Of a stretch of 64,000 nt of DNA, positions 24,650 through 36,300 are shown in pieces. The translations under genes and the position numbers were made by a program. The DNA comes from Takakia lepidozioides. Taxonomy: Eukaryota; Plantae; Bryophyta. Each line of letters starts with the position of its first letter. Position 1 is the first letter of the stretch. The notes beneath the pieces were generated by a model that saw nothing but the letters and a program-made list of their open reading frames with translations, did no database searches and was not told where the DNA came from. The stretch lies in the NCBI GenBank assembly GCA_030704615.1, contig CM060733.1, positions 29,264,001 through 29,328,000 on the forward strand, read 5' to 3'.

Positions 24650-26202
24650 GCCCAAGTACGGGATTCAGGGAATGCCGGAGCCTCCGGGCGTCTGGCCTGT
24701 TGCACCGGGTTGCAACCTCTCTTAGAATGAGGCGGATGCTCTTTCTGCAGCAATATTTCGAATGGGCAACGCACAGACGTCCCGACCCACCCATTTACAG
24801 TTCCTCAGACCCAACCATTGTAGACTGCGAGGTCTAGTGGAGACGGATTGGACAATTCTGCACATCCCACAATGCGATTCGGAAGAGTGAATAGACGACA
24901 CCCTCCCAACAAGTTGAATGAGACTCGGATTGTCAATGCTCTTGCGATGGCTTGCACTATTCAAAGCTCCGTCGACGTACCCGCAGTTACAATGCCTCTT
25001 GCTCTGGAACTTTGAATTTGAAACACTCATTTCATTGCCAATCGTCATATTTGTTGCAAATTCTCATTTCAGTATCGTTTAATGGAAATGTGGCATTGCA
25101 AGGTGACTGAGAATGCATTCATTGCCACCAACTTGTCCCACATGCTCTTCCGAGTGAAGGATGTCGGGAAGCAGGGGGTGCAAGAGTTTGCCAATTCGCT
25201 CAGTGCCGACCTATTGTGCAAGTCGGAGGCAAAGGCAGACAGAACCTGATATAGGTTGAGTATGGACGCCATGGTGGACTACATATTTTGGTACAACGCC
25301 CAACTGTTTTGTTGACGTAATCAGTCTTTTCTCCCCCAATAGAAGAAAAAATGTGGAACATGATTTCTAATCTTATGTGCGCATTGTTGACAGACGAAAA
25401 TTGAGCAGGATTTGGCACATGCGCGGAGGTTCTACATGGAGTTGGAGGAGAAGAAACTAACCCTCCCGACACTGGAATCGTATCTGAAAGCTGCGGAGGC
25501 GAAGGCTCGCGTCAAGTACAAGTCGCGGATGATGAAGTACGTGGCCATTGCCGATCCCGCCCGTGGTGCTGACTTTCTGGTGGAGGTGGGGAAGCACTAC
25601 TCCCGCGCTCTTAAGCCCACGATGACACTGGAGAAGCTGCATCGTCTAGCCACAACTTGTGTGGATGCAACAGAGAAGGTTACACATTCTTAAGCTGCCT
25701 TCTCTTGTGGCAACAATTTGTTTTCGTGGTGTCTTTCGCTTACTAATATGCACGCTGCTTGGACAGACCCGGTGGCTCCAAATCTGGAATGGGTCCCAGA
25801 GTACAAGGGACATGTGGAACTTCCCAAAACCCGACAAACTGTCCGACCCCACATTCGACATGTGGATGAACCGCATGACATGGTGGTTTCAGGTACTGTC
25901 CCACGCTTCATTTGGTGCTTCTACTCTTGTATCGGGTGGATTTCTTGTATTTCTTGAGGAATGCGGTCTGATAGAGAATCTCCGCAGGTGATGACGAATG
26001 CGCAAGAGCAGCTTGACACCCAAGCACATCAGTTCAAGCTGGAGATTGCAGGAGAAGCAGAGAGCCTACGCGACTATAAGATGAGGTACTTTCTGCTCTA
26101 CAAAACCGACCTGTTCTTTCGAGAGATACCGCATGCCCGGCAGAGCCATGAGTTCACCGATCAGCCGAACGCGGACAAAGCGGCAATGCGCCTTCTGTAC
26201 AG
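24650..26202 (+). pseudogene. Multi-exon gene fragment of unknown function (probable TE accessory gene); clear exons 25409-25678, 25767-25892, 25988-26202; decayed exons upstream
   Basis: Three open exons joined in phase 0 by ~90-bp GT-AG introns; last donor reads AT instead of GT; upstream exons (24650-25315) contain stops. Confidence 0.55.
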
Positions 26203-26319
26203 ATAAATATGCGGTGCTCTTCTTTGATCCATGGCCATTGTAGTCCCTAGAGTTCTTGGATGTAAAATGACTTGTGTGGGGCATCACAATTGGTTGTGAA
26301 GAAATGACTAAGTTCCTGG

Positions 26320-27230
26320 GGTGCCTGTCCCCGAGTCAGAGAAAAAGGCCCCGAATTTCCAGTCTCAGTGGAAGCCACCCTAGGGACTAGCCATTTGTCC
26401 CTCAGAATCTGAAATTCGGCACCATTTTCCCAACTTGTGAGGCCCAGAATGGCTGTCCAATGAGGTGCTCGCCACGACACGGGAAAAATGGCACCGAATT
26501 TGCAGTTTAGGTGTCATCCACCCTGGGGACTTCACCATTTCTTGCCTCTGGAACTGGAAATTCGGCGCCATTTTCTCCCAGTTTGGCCCAAAAATGGCCA
26601 AGTCCCAGAAGGGGCTGGCCCCCAACCTGGAAAAATGGCGCGGAATTTCCAGTGTCGGTGCCAGCCACCCCCGGGACTTAGCCATTTTTGGGGCACGGAA
26701 CTAGAAATTCGGAGCCATTTTTCCAGGTTAGGTCCGAAAGTGGCTAAATCCCAGAAAGGGCTGGCCACCAACCTGTAAAAATGGTGCCGAATTTCCAGTG
26801 TTGGTGCCAGCCACACCCGGGACTTGGGCCATTTTTGGGGCACGGAACTGAAAAATTCGGCGCCATTTTTTCTGGTTGGGTCCGAAAGTGGCTAAGTCCC
26901 AGAAAGGGCTGGGCCCCAACCTGGAAAAATGGTGCTGAATTTCCAATGTCGGTGCTAGCCACCCCCGGGACTTAGCCATTTTCAGGGCACGGAACTGGAA
27001 ATTCGGCACCATTTTCCCAGGCTGGGTCCAAATGTGGCCAAGTCCCAGAAAGGGCTGGGCCCCAACCCGGAAAAATGGCGCTGAATTTCTAGTTTCGGTG
27101 CCAGCCACCCCAGGGACAGCCATTTCTGGGGCCCAAAAGTGGCAATTCGGCGCCAGCCCCCAAACGTCTAAGTCCCAGATAGAGCTACCTCCCCTCGGGA
27201 AAAATGGCGCCGAATTACCGCTTTTGTTGC
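26320..27230. repeat. Tandem repeat, ~147-bp unit, ~6 copies
   Basis: GAAATTCGGC(G/A)CCATTTT recurs near 26411, 26558, 26704, 26851, 26998 and 27143; each unit also holds the inverse AAAATGGCGCCGAATTTC. Confidence 0.9.
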
Positions 27231-27249
27231 CCGGCACCCTGGGGAGCGT

Positions 27250-27734
27250 GGTCACCCTTTCAACCATATTTGACTGACCTCATACTTGTACGGTACCTTT
27301 AAGATGACATGTGAAATACACTTGCAAAGTTTCAAAACACTCAAAAATCATTTGATATGTTCATGATTGATTCACCCTTTCAACCATTTTAGATTGACTT
27401 GAAACTTGTGAAAGACTTGTAAGAGGGCATGTGCAAGACACTTGCAAAGTTTCAATCAATTTAAAATCATTTGGTAGGGGGACGATTGGTTCACCCTTTA
27501 AACCATTTTAGATTGATGTCATACTTCTCAAAGATGTGTAAGAGGGCATGTAGAAGACACTTGCAAAGTTTCGGAGCAATAAAATATCATTTCATCGAGG
27601 AAGTTTCCGTTCACCCTTTCATCCAATTTTGGATTTTTTGGCAACCCCTCTTGTGTCCCGACCCCCTGCCCTCAAGGCAAAGGGCCGCGATAGTCGCGGA
27701 TACTACATTTTTTTGCAAACCCGGATTTTTTCCC
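27250..27734. mobile_element. ~120-bp subterminal repeats (3-4 copies) ending in a Mutator-like terminus
   Basis: TCACCCTTT(C)AACCAT recurs near 27252, 27372, 27491 and 27611; region ends GGATTTTTTCCC (reverse complement GGGAAAAAATCC). Partner TIR not found. Confidence 0.5.
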
Positions 27735-28341
27735 AAGTCCTCCAAATGCTTTCCACTTGTTTGATTATGCGGAGGCTGTAGCCCGACAGTTTAGTCTCCT
27801 TGCTTCGGCACTTCCACTGGTTATCCACGACATAAGTGTTCATTCCCACCACAATGCTAGGGTGTATATAGATATTAGTGCCTCATAATCAGAGCGCAAT
27901 TCTAGTAGCAGTGGATCCTGATTTTCCAACTAATGAAAATCGACTGTATACTTCATTTGAATGAACAGTTTTCACATGGTGTTGCAAGGTCTCCATTCTC
28001 TTTTACTGTGTACCTCAATGTTTGTTTTGAAGCCTCCGCATCTTCTCCATCATTGCCTTCACGTCATCGCATATGAGCCTCTGCAACATTTGTTGTGTTG
28101 CAGTATTTGAATCAGATGGGCCCTACTTGTTCTTTTCTAAAAGACACAATAATACGTGCAATGTTGGTAATATTTGCAATTTTTTACTCAAAAGGGCCCT
28201 ACTTGTTCTAAGAAACACGGTAATAGGTGCAATGTAGGTAATATTCCCGCGAGTATAGGCCCACCTGACGACTTAGCTTATGACAGACCGTGAGCAGAAA
28301 AATGCTCACGACTTCACAGGCTCACGGTCTAGCACTCCCCA

Positions 28342-28378
28342 CTACAAGGCTACGGCAATCAACGTCTTATGAGTACAT
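28342..28378 (+). mobile_element. Extreme 3' tail of the RTEX-like LINE
   Basis: ACAAGGCTACGGCAATCAACGTCTTATGAGTACAT followed by TTCCTCTCTCTC. Confidence 0.8.
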
Positions 28379-28425
28379 TTCCTCTCTCTCTACACTGTGC
28401 AAACATATATTGTAGTGGTAATTAC

Positions 28426-28731
28426 CAATGTTGGGCGGTTATTTAAATTCCTCTCTAATACTCGGCGGTTACCTAGGCGGAGGTGAAAAATGAAGTAACC
28501 GTCCGGTCTAGTCAGGAACCGGCGGAGGTCAAGCATTCAAATAACCGAGCAAAGAACCTTTTAAAGAACCGCCCAATACCCGCGGTTATTTGAGGTTCTT
28601 GCAAGTAACCGTAACCGCAGGTTATCTCTCGCCATAAAAAATTTAGTAACCGCAACCGCAGGTTAATAGTTTCCAAAATTTTGAAGCGGAACCGCCGGTT
28701 ATGAAAAAAATCAAATAACCACCCAACACTG
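28426..28731. mobile_element. hAT-type MITE, 306 bp
   Basis: TIRs CAATGTTGGGCGGTTATTT / AAATAACCACCCAACACTG; 8-bp TSD GTAATTAC (28418-28425, 28732-28739); many AACCG/CGGTT subterminal motifs. Confidence 0.9.
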
Positions 28732-28879
28732 GTAATTACACCTATGTATTTATATATTGCAATAACTTTGAAAATTCTATGGTCATATCCTCTTGTAGTC
28801 ATAGATTGCAATAGTTAGAGCTACTTCAGGTGAAATACATGCACTTAACCCACACGCTGATTGAAAAAACTGACTGGCT

Positions 28880-29556
28880 CGCTGCCCTAAAAACCGGTTA
28901 TGGTCCGGTAGCGCTCGAGAGGAGCCCCTGCTATCGGTTATAGCAGGTCGGCATGACACCTTGCCCCTAAGGGTGGTTGGTATCTTGTGAGCACGGCATG
29001 AGCACAACCCGCGGTCATAGGGGTTAAATGTTTTCAAACCGCGGTCTTAGGAATTACATGTTAACAGGCACGGTGTATATGAGTACCTTCAGATTTATTT
29101 TCTCAGTGCGAAAATAACTTTTCTAGGGCTTAAACTGCCGATACCCGGACTGAAACCACAATTTTTGTTTTTCTAGGGTATCCGGTTCGCATAACGTGAG
29201 GAAACCCGACGCCTATAGGGTAACATGTTTATTGTGTATAGGTGTTACTTGTTTCTTAAGTGATGCTGTGAGGGCCTATCATTGTGAGCAGTTAAAAAAA
29301 AGTTCCGCAAAGTTTTTAGTTTCTCAATTTTAGTTTCGCTAGAGAATATTCAAAAGGCATCTAGGGAATATCCTTAATATTCACTTGTGCTCACGCGAGC
29401 ATGCTCACGCGAGCATGCTCACGCGAGCATGCTCACGCGAGCATGCTCACGCGCTACCCAACTAACACTAACGCGGCTAGGTAGGTCCTGGCTCCCTGCT
29501 AAGTTATATCCGGTAGCAGGGGCTCCTCTCGAATGCTACCTAGTCCATAGGCACTG
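28880..29556. mobile_element. Degenerate MITE-like element with ~50-bp inverted repeats upstream of the host gene
   Basis: GGTAGCGCTCGAGAGGAGCCCCTGCTATCGGTTATA (~28907) is inverted at ~29505-29545; right end GGCACTG; no TSD found. Confidence 0.6.
29388..29453. repeat. Perfect 14-bp minisatellite (TGCTCACGCGAGCA) x4.7
   Basis: Read directly from the sequence. Confidence 0.95.
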
Positions 29557-30371
29557 CGGTGGGGGCTGTTTTGCTTTGGACCACCGATGCCCGCCCCAAT
29601 GTATGCCAAGCAGCCCCGATAAGTAAACAAGTAAGTAGCAAACCGTGAGAGGCTCTGTCTATCGAAGCAACAATTTTGACAAGCTGCCACGTGGTTGATA
29701 TTTAAGAACTTTTTCAGCCAATCATAATCTTGAGACGGTGTAAGGTCCCTTGACCACACTTTCTCCACGGACTTCATCATAAGGAACAGAGCCAACAAAT
29801 AGCGACCAAGGCGACGGTGATGATGGTGTCTTATCACTCAGTTTGCAGTCACCAGCAGATATGAAAAGTTTCTCTCTTTTACAATTTGGTGTTGTTCTGG
29901 AGCTCCTCAACGCCTGTAGATAATTGATTTTGACAGGAAGTCCATGGTCTGCGGAAATACAATTAGCTTTCGGACATCGGCTCGCAAAGGAGAAAAATTT
30001 AGGAACTAGAAACGGTTTCACAAAGACCGTCAAGTCAGGGTAGTCTACATCATTGGCCAATCAAGCTTTCTGATGCACTGTGCTTGTTATTGTCCGGGAT
30101 GTCGTCCTACATATTGGATGCATGTTTGGGAGAGAGTCAGTTTTCGTTGATTCTGATATGTTTTTGGAGTGTCTGTGGAGTACCTTCGAGGTTAGCAAGA
30201 ATGGTTGAGCGCGTGACAAGTTCATACGCAACCTCAATGGAGATTGAGATTTGTCCACACCACGTAACAGTTGTTCTTAGCTGCAGTAATGAGGGCGAAC
30301 CTTTCCAAACCCGAATATGCACTTGTTAGCATGTATCAAGGCACATACTTGAACTTGGACTGGAAGTGTAC

Positions 30372-33300
30372 ATGGCTAGATTAGCCTGTGCCTCAGGTGG
30401 GCAGTCGGCATGTTTATCACTTCACAGGAAGCGACAATGGAAGCAACAGAAATTGTTGATTCTATATAGACTACCTCAAACTATGGCGTACCCGAATTCT
30501 TCTTGTTACACATTTGGTAGACGTCTTGATTGGAAGTTTTGCACGAACAAAGTGTACCTGAACACATTGACCAATTCAGTGTGGAGCTCAAGAGTAAGAA
30601 TTGATCGTGAGGCAGAGATAGTCGTCTCTCGTTACAAAACCCAATTACTTATATCGGCAAATTTAGGACCGTCCATGATCACTATGTTGGCATATACAGG
30701 AGGAAAGTTGCATTTAGATCCTGGAGTGAGCACCCTTCATCCATCGTCTATAGAATCACCATCTGTAGAGCCATCCTCTTTGGGTCTTCAAATAGGATTT
30801 CATGTTTCTGCCTTAGGAGAAATTCTCTTTCATTTGCTGCCTGATTTCTATTCTATGAGTAATGTATACACGCTAGCAGTTGTATTGACCGTGGTGGGGG
30901 GAACAGTAGCTTACCTCGCAAAGTTGAAAAATAGAAAAGATGGGAAGTATGATGACTATGAGAAAACCATGGCAATAGACAAGTGGCTTCTGATTTCATG
31001 TCCTACTACATTCAATCAATTTGTTGTGGGACGGTGCCCGTCAATCTCTGCCCAGCTGGAGACAGATACAGTTCAGTCCTTTCTGAAGAGCTCATGGGAA
31101 CAGACCAGGGAGCAAGAAGATAGGTCTGTGTACCAGCGGCTCTGTCTTCATGCGCAGGATGGCGGGGTGGTGACACTAGATTGGCCCTCACACCTTGATT
31201 TTACAGTGGAGAATGGGCTGGACAATACTCTGTTGCTTATCCCAGGTAATCTGGTCCACGCTTTCTGCTGGAGAATTCGTTGCTATAAACCGCTTTGGGC
31301 TTAGATTTGTACTGAAGGAGTGTGCCAATGTCTCAGAGCTTTGGGTACCCAGTTGAAGGTAAAATTGATCCCCTACTGCTCAGCTATATAGTGATCTGGC
31401 AGCACATGTACTCATGTAAGGTTGAAATGTGCAGTTCCATATGTTGTATTCCTCTCAAGTAATGTGCCCTATTTTTGTTCGTCAAATGAGGAGGTTGTTG
31501 TCTACCTTTGATCAAGTCTTATGCACTTCAGACGATAATTAAAGCTGCAGCCCTGCTTAGTACTGAACCCCATGAAGGCTTCATACCAGTAGTGAAAGCA
31601 TGTCTCTAATGAGTTCTTTGTCTCTTAAAATGTTCATGTAAACTGCTTCAAGATAATAGGTATGCTTTGCATCTCCTTTGAAGAAAATGAGAAGTGTTTC
31701 AATACAAGTTTATCAAGTCTTGAGTCAGTTCTTTCTCAGCCAACTTGTTTGAGTTAGTTTTCCTCTCTCCTCTCTCCTTGAGTGGGGCTTAGTCTTTGAG
31801 CAACACCACTCATGGTCACCTAAATCCCGTCATTGTGTTGAGAAATATGTTCAGAATGAAATGGGTGAACAGAGGTACCCACAGGGTTTCAACTAAGAGA
31901 TTAACCTAAATACTAACCATGTGTTACCTCATGAATTCTAGAGGTGAGTTCAAGTTTCTTACTCTACCTCTTGACTTAACGGTGAGCAACTTCCATGAGA
32001 TAGTATAGCTTTACTACATGAACTGCTAAATTACCTGTTTCCTTGACACATTTTCACTTTTCAATTCTTGTTAGGCTTGACATTCCCTCATATGGCTCTT
32101 GTAACACCTTCATTTTGGAACAGTGCCTATTGTGGGGAGATCACCACCCCTTCCCTCTGGAATATTTGCTGAAAGGACCTCCCTTAGCTCTCTTTTGTTA
32201 GTGTGACCTGCGACGAGGATGACATTGGTGAAAAGTGTGAAGAGGTTTAAGCCTGGGGTTCGACAGGATCACTAAGCTGTTGGATTGTTGGTTGGCTGTG
32301 ACGGATCCGGAGGCCACTTCACCTTCTTTTATTGCCATGTTTGCTACTAATGGCAAGAGACTTAGGTATCGAGGCTTTGAGCTCTTTCAAGCCTGGGATG
32401 ACTAAGTCTGTATGTTTTGTTTTTGCATATACATACAATTGCTGTGATATGCTTTGATTGGTTTTAGAAACATCAAAGAGCACGTGGTAACACATAATGG
32501 TAGTAGCCTTTGTATTGGCACTACATTATGCATTTGCTCCCACTACTTTTGCTTCCAAGGATATGAAAGTGCGGAGGAAAACTTTATTTGCAACTTGGTT
32601 CTCTAGTGTACTTCTGATTGCTTGGAACACCCTACACTGGTATTTTGGTAAAGATATGACAAGGGTGGTATGGAGGGTTCAGGCAGTTGACGATGCCTAA
32701 AACAGGCTCTAAAATGTCATGAAACAGAGGTAGACACAACATGACAGGACATTTTGCGATTGTGTGTTTCCTTGTCTAGCTTCGACATGCTATGTGTATC
32801 TTTCTCTCTCTCTTCCTTTTCACTTTTAAGTCTGGGATTTTCTATGAGTTGAATTCTAAACTATGTCTTGGGTGAGTCTTTCCATGTCGATAGAGAAACT
32901 CAGTATGCCTGAACCCGCTCTCAGGAACTGATGAATTTAGTGGGGATTTATAACTGTTTGTGATCTGTCTGTAGCAAGTACGGATGATCGTTATACACGA
33001 TTTAGTGGATTTGTTTCATAGCTTATATTGACTACGATATGAGACAGCATTCTTTCTTGTTCTTCCTCTTTTTATTGTTTGTTCTTGTGAGTGACTTCCT
33101 TGGTTTTTTGTCCTGATGTGATTGTTTTCATCTTTGAAAGCTTTTCTCTACCTTGGATGCAGCTATCTCATTTTTTAATTTTGTGAAGAGTTCAGAGTTT
33201 ACTCTCCTGACATCGATTATGTGGGAAGGTATGTCTTCTCATGTGGGTAGTACTTGGTGAGGGTACATCAGGATCCAACTCTTGAGAAACACGGATGTGG

Positions 33301-36300
33301 GGTCTATGCACTGTCGGTACAGACAACAAATGCTTGAAATGGCCTCCCTTTTTTAAGCTCCTTTCCTGCCTTTCTTGTCTGCAATGACCAGAGTAGGTGA
33401 CCAACAAAGATGGGTGAAGCACTGCCTGACAGGCATCCCTCTCTCTGCTCTCCCCATGACCTTGGAACCCTGCAGGAAGAGCTCTCGGTCCATGTGTGTT
33501 GCACTGCAACTACTTCAAAGATGGCGTAGCTCGCAATGTCTCGTATAGAGTCATAATTTTTGAGCAGATAATCGAGCACACTTGTAGCTTGTCATGCTCA
33601 TTGCTTTCTGTGTAAATGATTACAGGGACAACAGAAGGAAGTGGAGACAGTGGCATTAAAAGGTTTGTGCTCAGTGCAGTGCGGTGCGGATATTTTCCAG
33701 TCGTTGTCAATCCACGGGGCTGTGCTGGATCCCCTTTAACGTCACCCAGGCACTTCCTTCACCCATTTTCTTTATTTAGAAAAGGTCACAAGTGGTGCAA
33801 CCTCCAATGCTTCACTTTAGACAGTTTGCCCATCTCTGTATGTGTCTATAATGCCCGTTGTGTGGGCAACCTGAAGACTATTCATTTTCTGATTCATTGT
33901 CCTGGGTGCTCTCACCAGAGAGACGCCCTCTTCAATTCCATCAAGGGATTTGTGCCTGTACCTCTGTTTCCCAACATTGAAAATCTCAAGGCTGAGCCAA
34001 AAGCCCAGGCCCTTTTGGGGCTAGTTATTGGGCAAATCACACACAGTAGTTTGATGTGTAAGGGATTTCTTTAGGATATCTGGAAAACTCGGATCAATTG
34101 TCTGTTCCAAGGTAAGTCATACTACCGGCGTCAGCCCCTGACAAAGGTGTGTTTCTGTCACTTTGTGTTCTGCTCAAACTGGGCGCGGGGTCAATGGCCA
34201 CAAGGCTACGCGCAAACAACGTCTTATGAGTACATTCTGTATGTGTCTATTGGTTGAGAATCAGCAAGCAAAGATCAAAGAATAGCACAACCATCGTGCA
34301 TTGTTAAAGCTCTTACACCAAGAGTATTCTGTGTGATTATGTGATTCTGTTACATGGCTCACTTCGAGGTTGTGTTTGTGTGGACGGGAGACTGCATGAA
34401 ATATATGCTGAGAGAGGTCCAGTAGCAACAGTCATGGTGGTAGGCTTTCCAAGGGTATAGTGTTTCTGAAGTGGTGAGCAACATTGCTGGTGGTTGTGGC
34501 TAGGGTATTTACAGCAGCAGACAGTGATGATGTACGGCTAGCTGTCCACTATATTACATGTGCACGGCCTTGGTCAACTCTCATGGGCGTCGGCTGGGGT
34601 TTTGGCGCCAACATGTTGGCTAAATTTCTGGGAGAAGATGGCACTCCGCCACTCATGGCAGCTGTTTGCATATCCAATCCCTTCGACTTAAAAGAAACCT
34701 CAAGATATCTGGCCAGCATAAAAGGTGGGGAGCTCGACCGGGCACTGACAAAAGGCCTCGTAGACATCCTTGATGCGAACAAGGTGCTAACCTCATTCGC
34801 TTTCTTAGTGAGAACTTAGAAGCAGGTAATAGTGGCACTGTCTGCTAAGCATGGATGTCTCGGTGGTAATTGATATGGAGCGGGAAAATCTATGTTTTTC
34901 GTCTGCTAAAACTATGTCTTGGTGGAGTCTTTCCTTTATCCTTCCTGTGAGTTCACACGAAAACTCAGTACGTTTGTCCCCTCTGTTGTGAACTCATGAA
35001 GTCAGTGGGGAGTTATAATAGCTGGTCAATGCTATACAAGATGGTCTTGTACTCCTTGATCGACTCTCCAAGTTATCATGCAGGTCGCGGTGCTCAAAGA
35101 AAGCATGTTGGCTTGTTCTAGAACAGCTAATGTGGGCTGTTTGGGGCGAGGTTGGCATACCTCCCTTAAGCTCTCGACGTAATCAATTCAAGGTCAGATG
35201 GTGGGGTCAGTCGAATCACATGCCTAATACCAGATACCCTAAGATAATCGAAGTTAGTTCTTGCAAGCAAGACCATCCTGTTAAGCAGGCTAAGTCTTGG
35301 TGGAAAAGGGTAGAAGAGATTCTGAAGTATCTGAATACAGAAGGATTGACACCACTGGAGGAAGCTGACCTGGAGGTGGTTGTGTCCAAAGCCATGTCTG
35401 ATGCCCAAAGACTGTCCGATGAAAATGAAGTTAGGCATAAAGCTTGATAGCACGTAAGATTTAAACAAAAAATTTCTCGATGTCTGGGCTTTCTCGAGGA
35501 TATCTGGAAAACCCAAACTAAGGTTTATATCAAGGTAAGTCACACTACTGGAGTGATCCTCACAAAGGGTGCCTATTCCCTATGTTTGTGTCCAAACTGG
35601 GCGCAGGGTCTATGGCCACAAGGCTATGGTAAACGAAGTCTTATGAGTACATTCTCTAAGTTATCAGACAGCGTTCCTCTTTGTTTCATGTATGTTCTTA
35701 TCCTCCTGTGTTATTTCAGTAGCAGTCGTCCTCTCTTCAATCGTTTCGTTCTTGTGCCTTGGGTTTCTATTTTTGGAAGTAGTTCTTTTCCTAGGATGTG
35801 GCATTCTCATGATATCTCTGGTTACCTCTGAAAGGAGATTCAAGGTTTACTAGTCTCACATTTATGTAGATACAATCGGATCATCACGGTGGAAATCAAA
35901 GAGCAGGGAAATGTAAGATTATTCGTAGTTAGTTAGTTAGGGTTCCTTGACATTCTGCCTTATTATCAATTGTCTGCATTCCAGGCAGATAGTTTATTTG
36001 AGGTACAGAACAGCCGTGTGTGCCTAGATGGCACTCAGGGCAGCATACCACCTTTTGAAAGAACCAAGTGGTCAAAACAGATGCTGGTATGAAATTGGAT
36101 CTCCTCCTACTGCAGGATCAACAAATAGGTTGTATTAGAGTTAACCCAAAGAAAAGTCTATTCTTTTTCCCAACTCGGGTTGGTGTCATTTGGATTACCT
36201 GTTCATCTCTTCCTACGCTTACCTGCTTTTGATGCGCAGGGAAAGTGAATGGAAACACTCCAAGACTTTCATATTCAGCATGTCTGGTGCAAGTGGTACT

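Noticed and set aside
26380-27277. Multiple overlapping ORFs
   Set aside because: Artefacts of the GC-rich 147-bp repeat.
32855-35020. ~130-bp repeat in introns 1 and 3 (32855-32955, 34905-35020) with CTGATGA/GAAAC words suggesting a hammerhead ribozyme or snoRNA
   Set aside because: Core order and stems do not fit; the second copy is better explained by a simple TGAGTTCACA/TGTGAACTCA hairpin in an old dispersed repeat.
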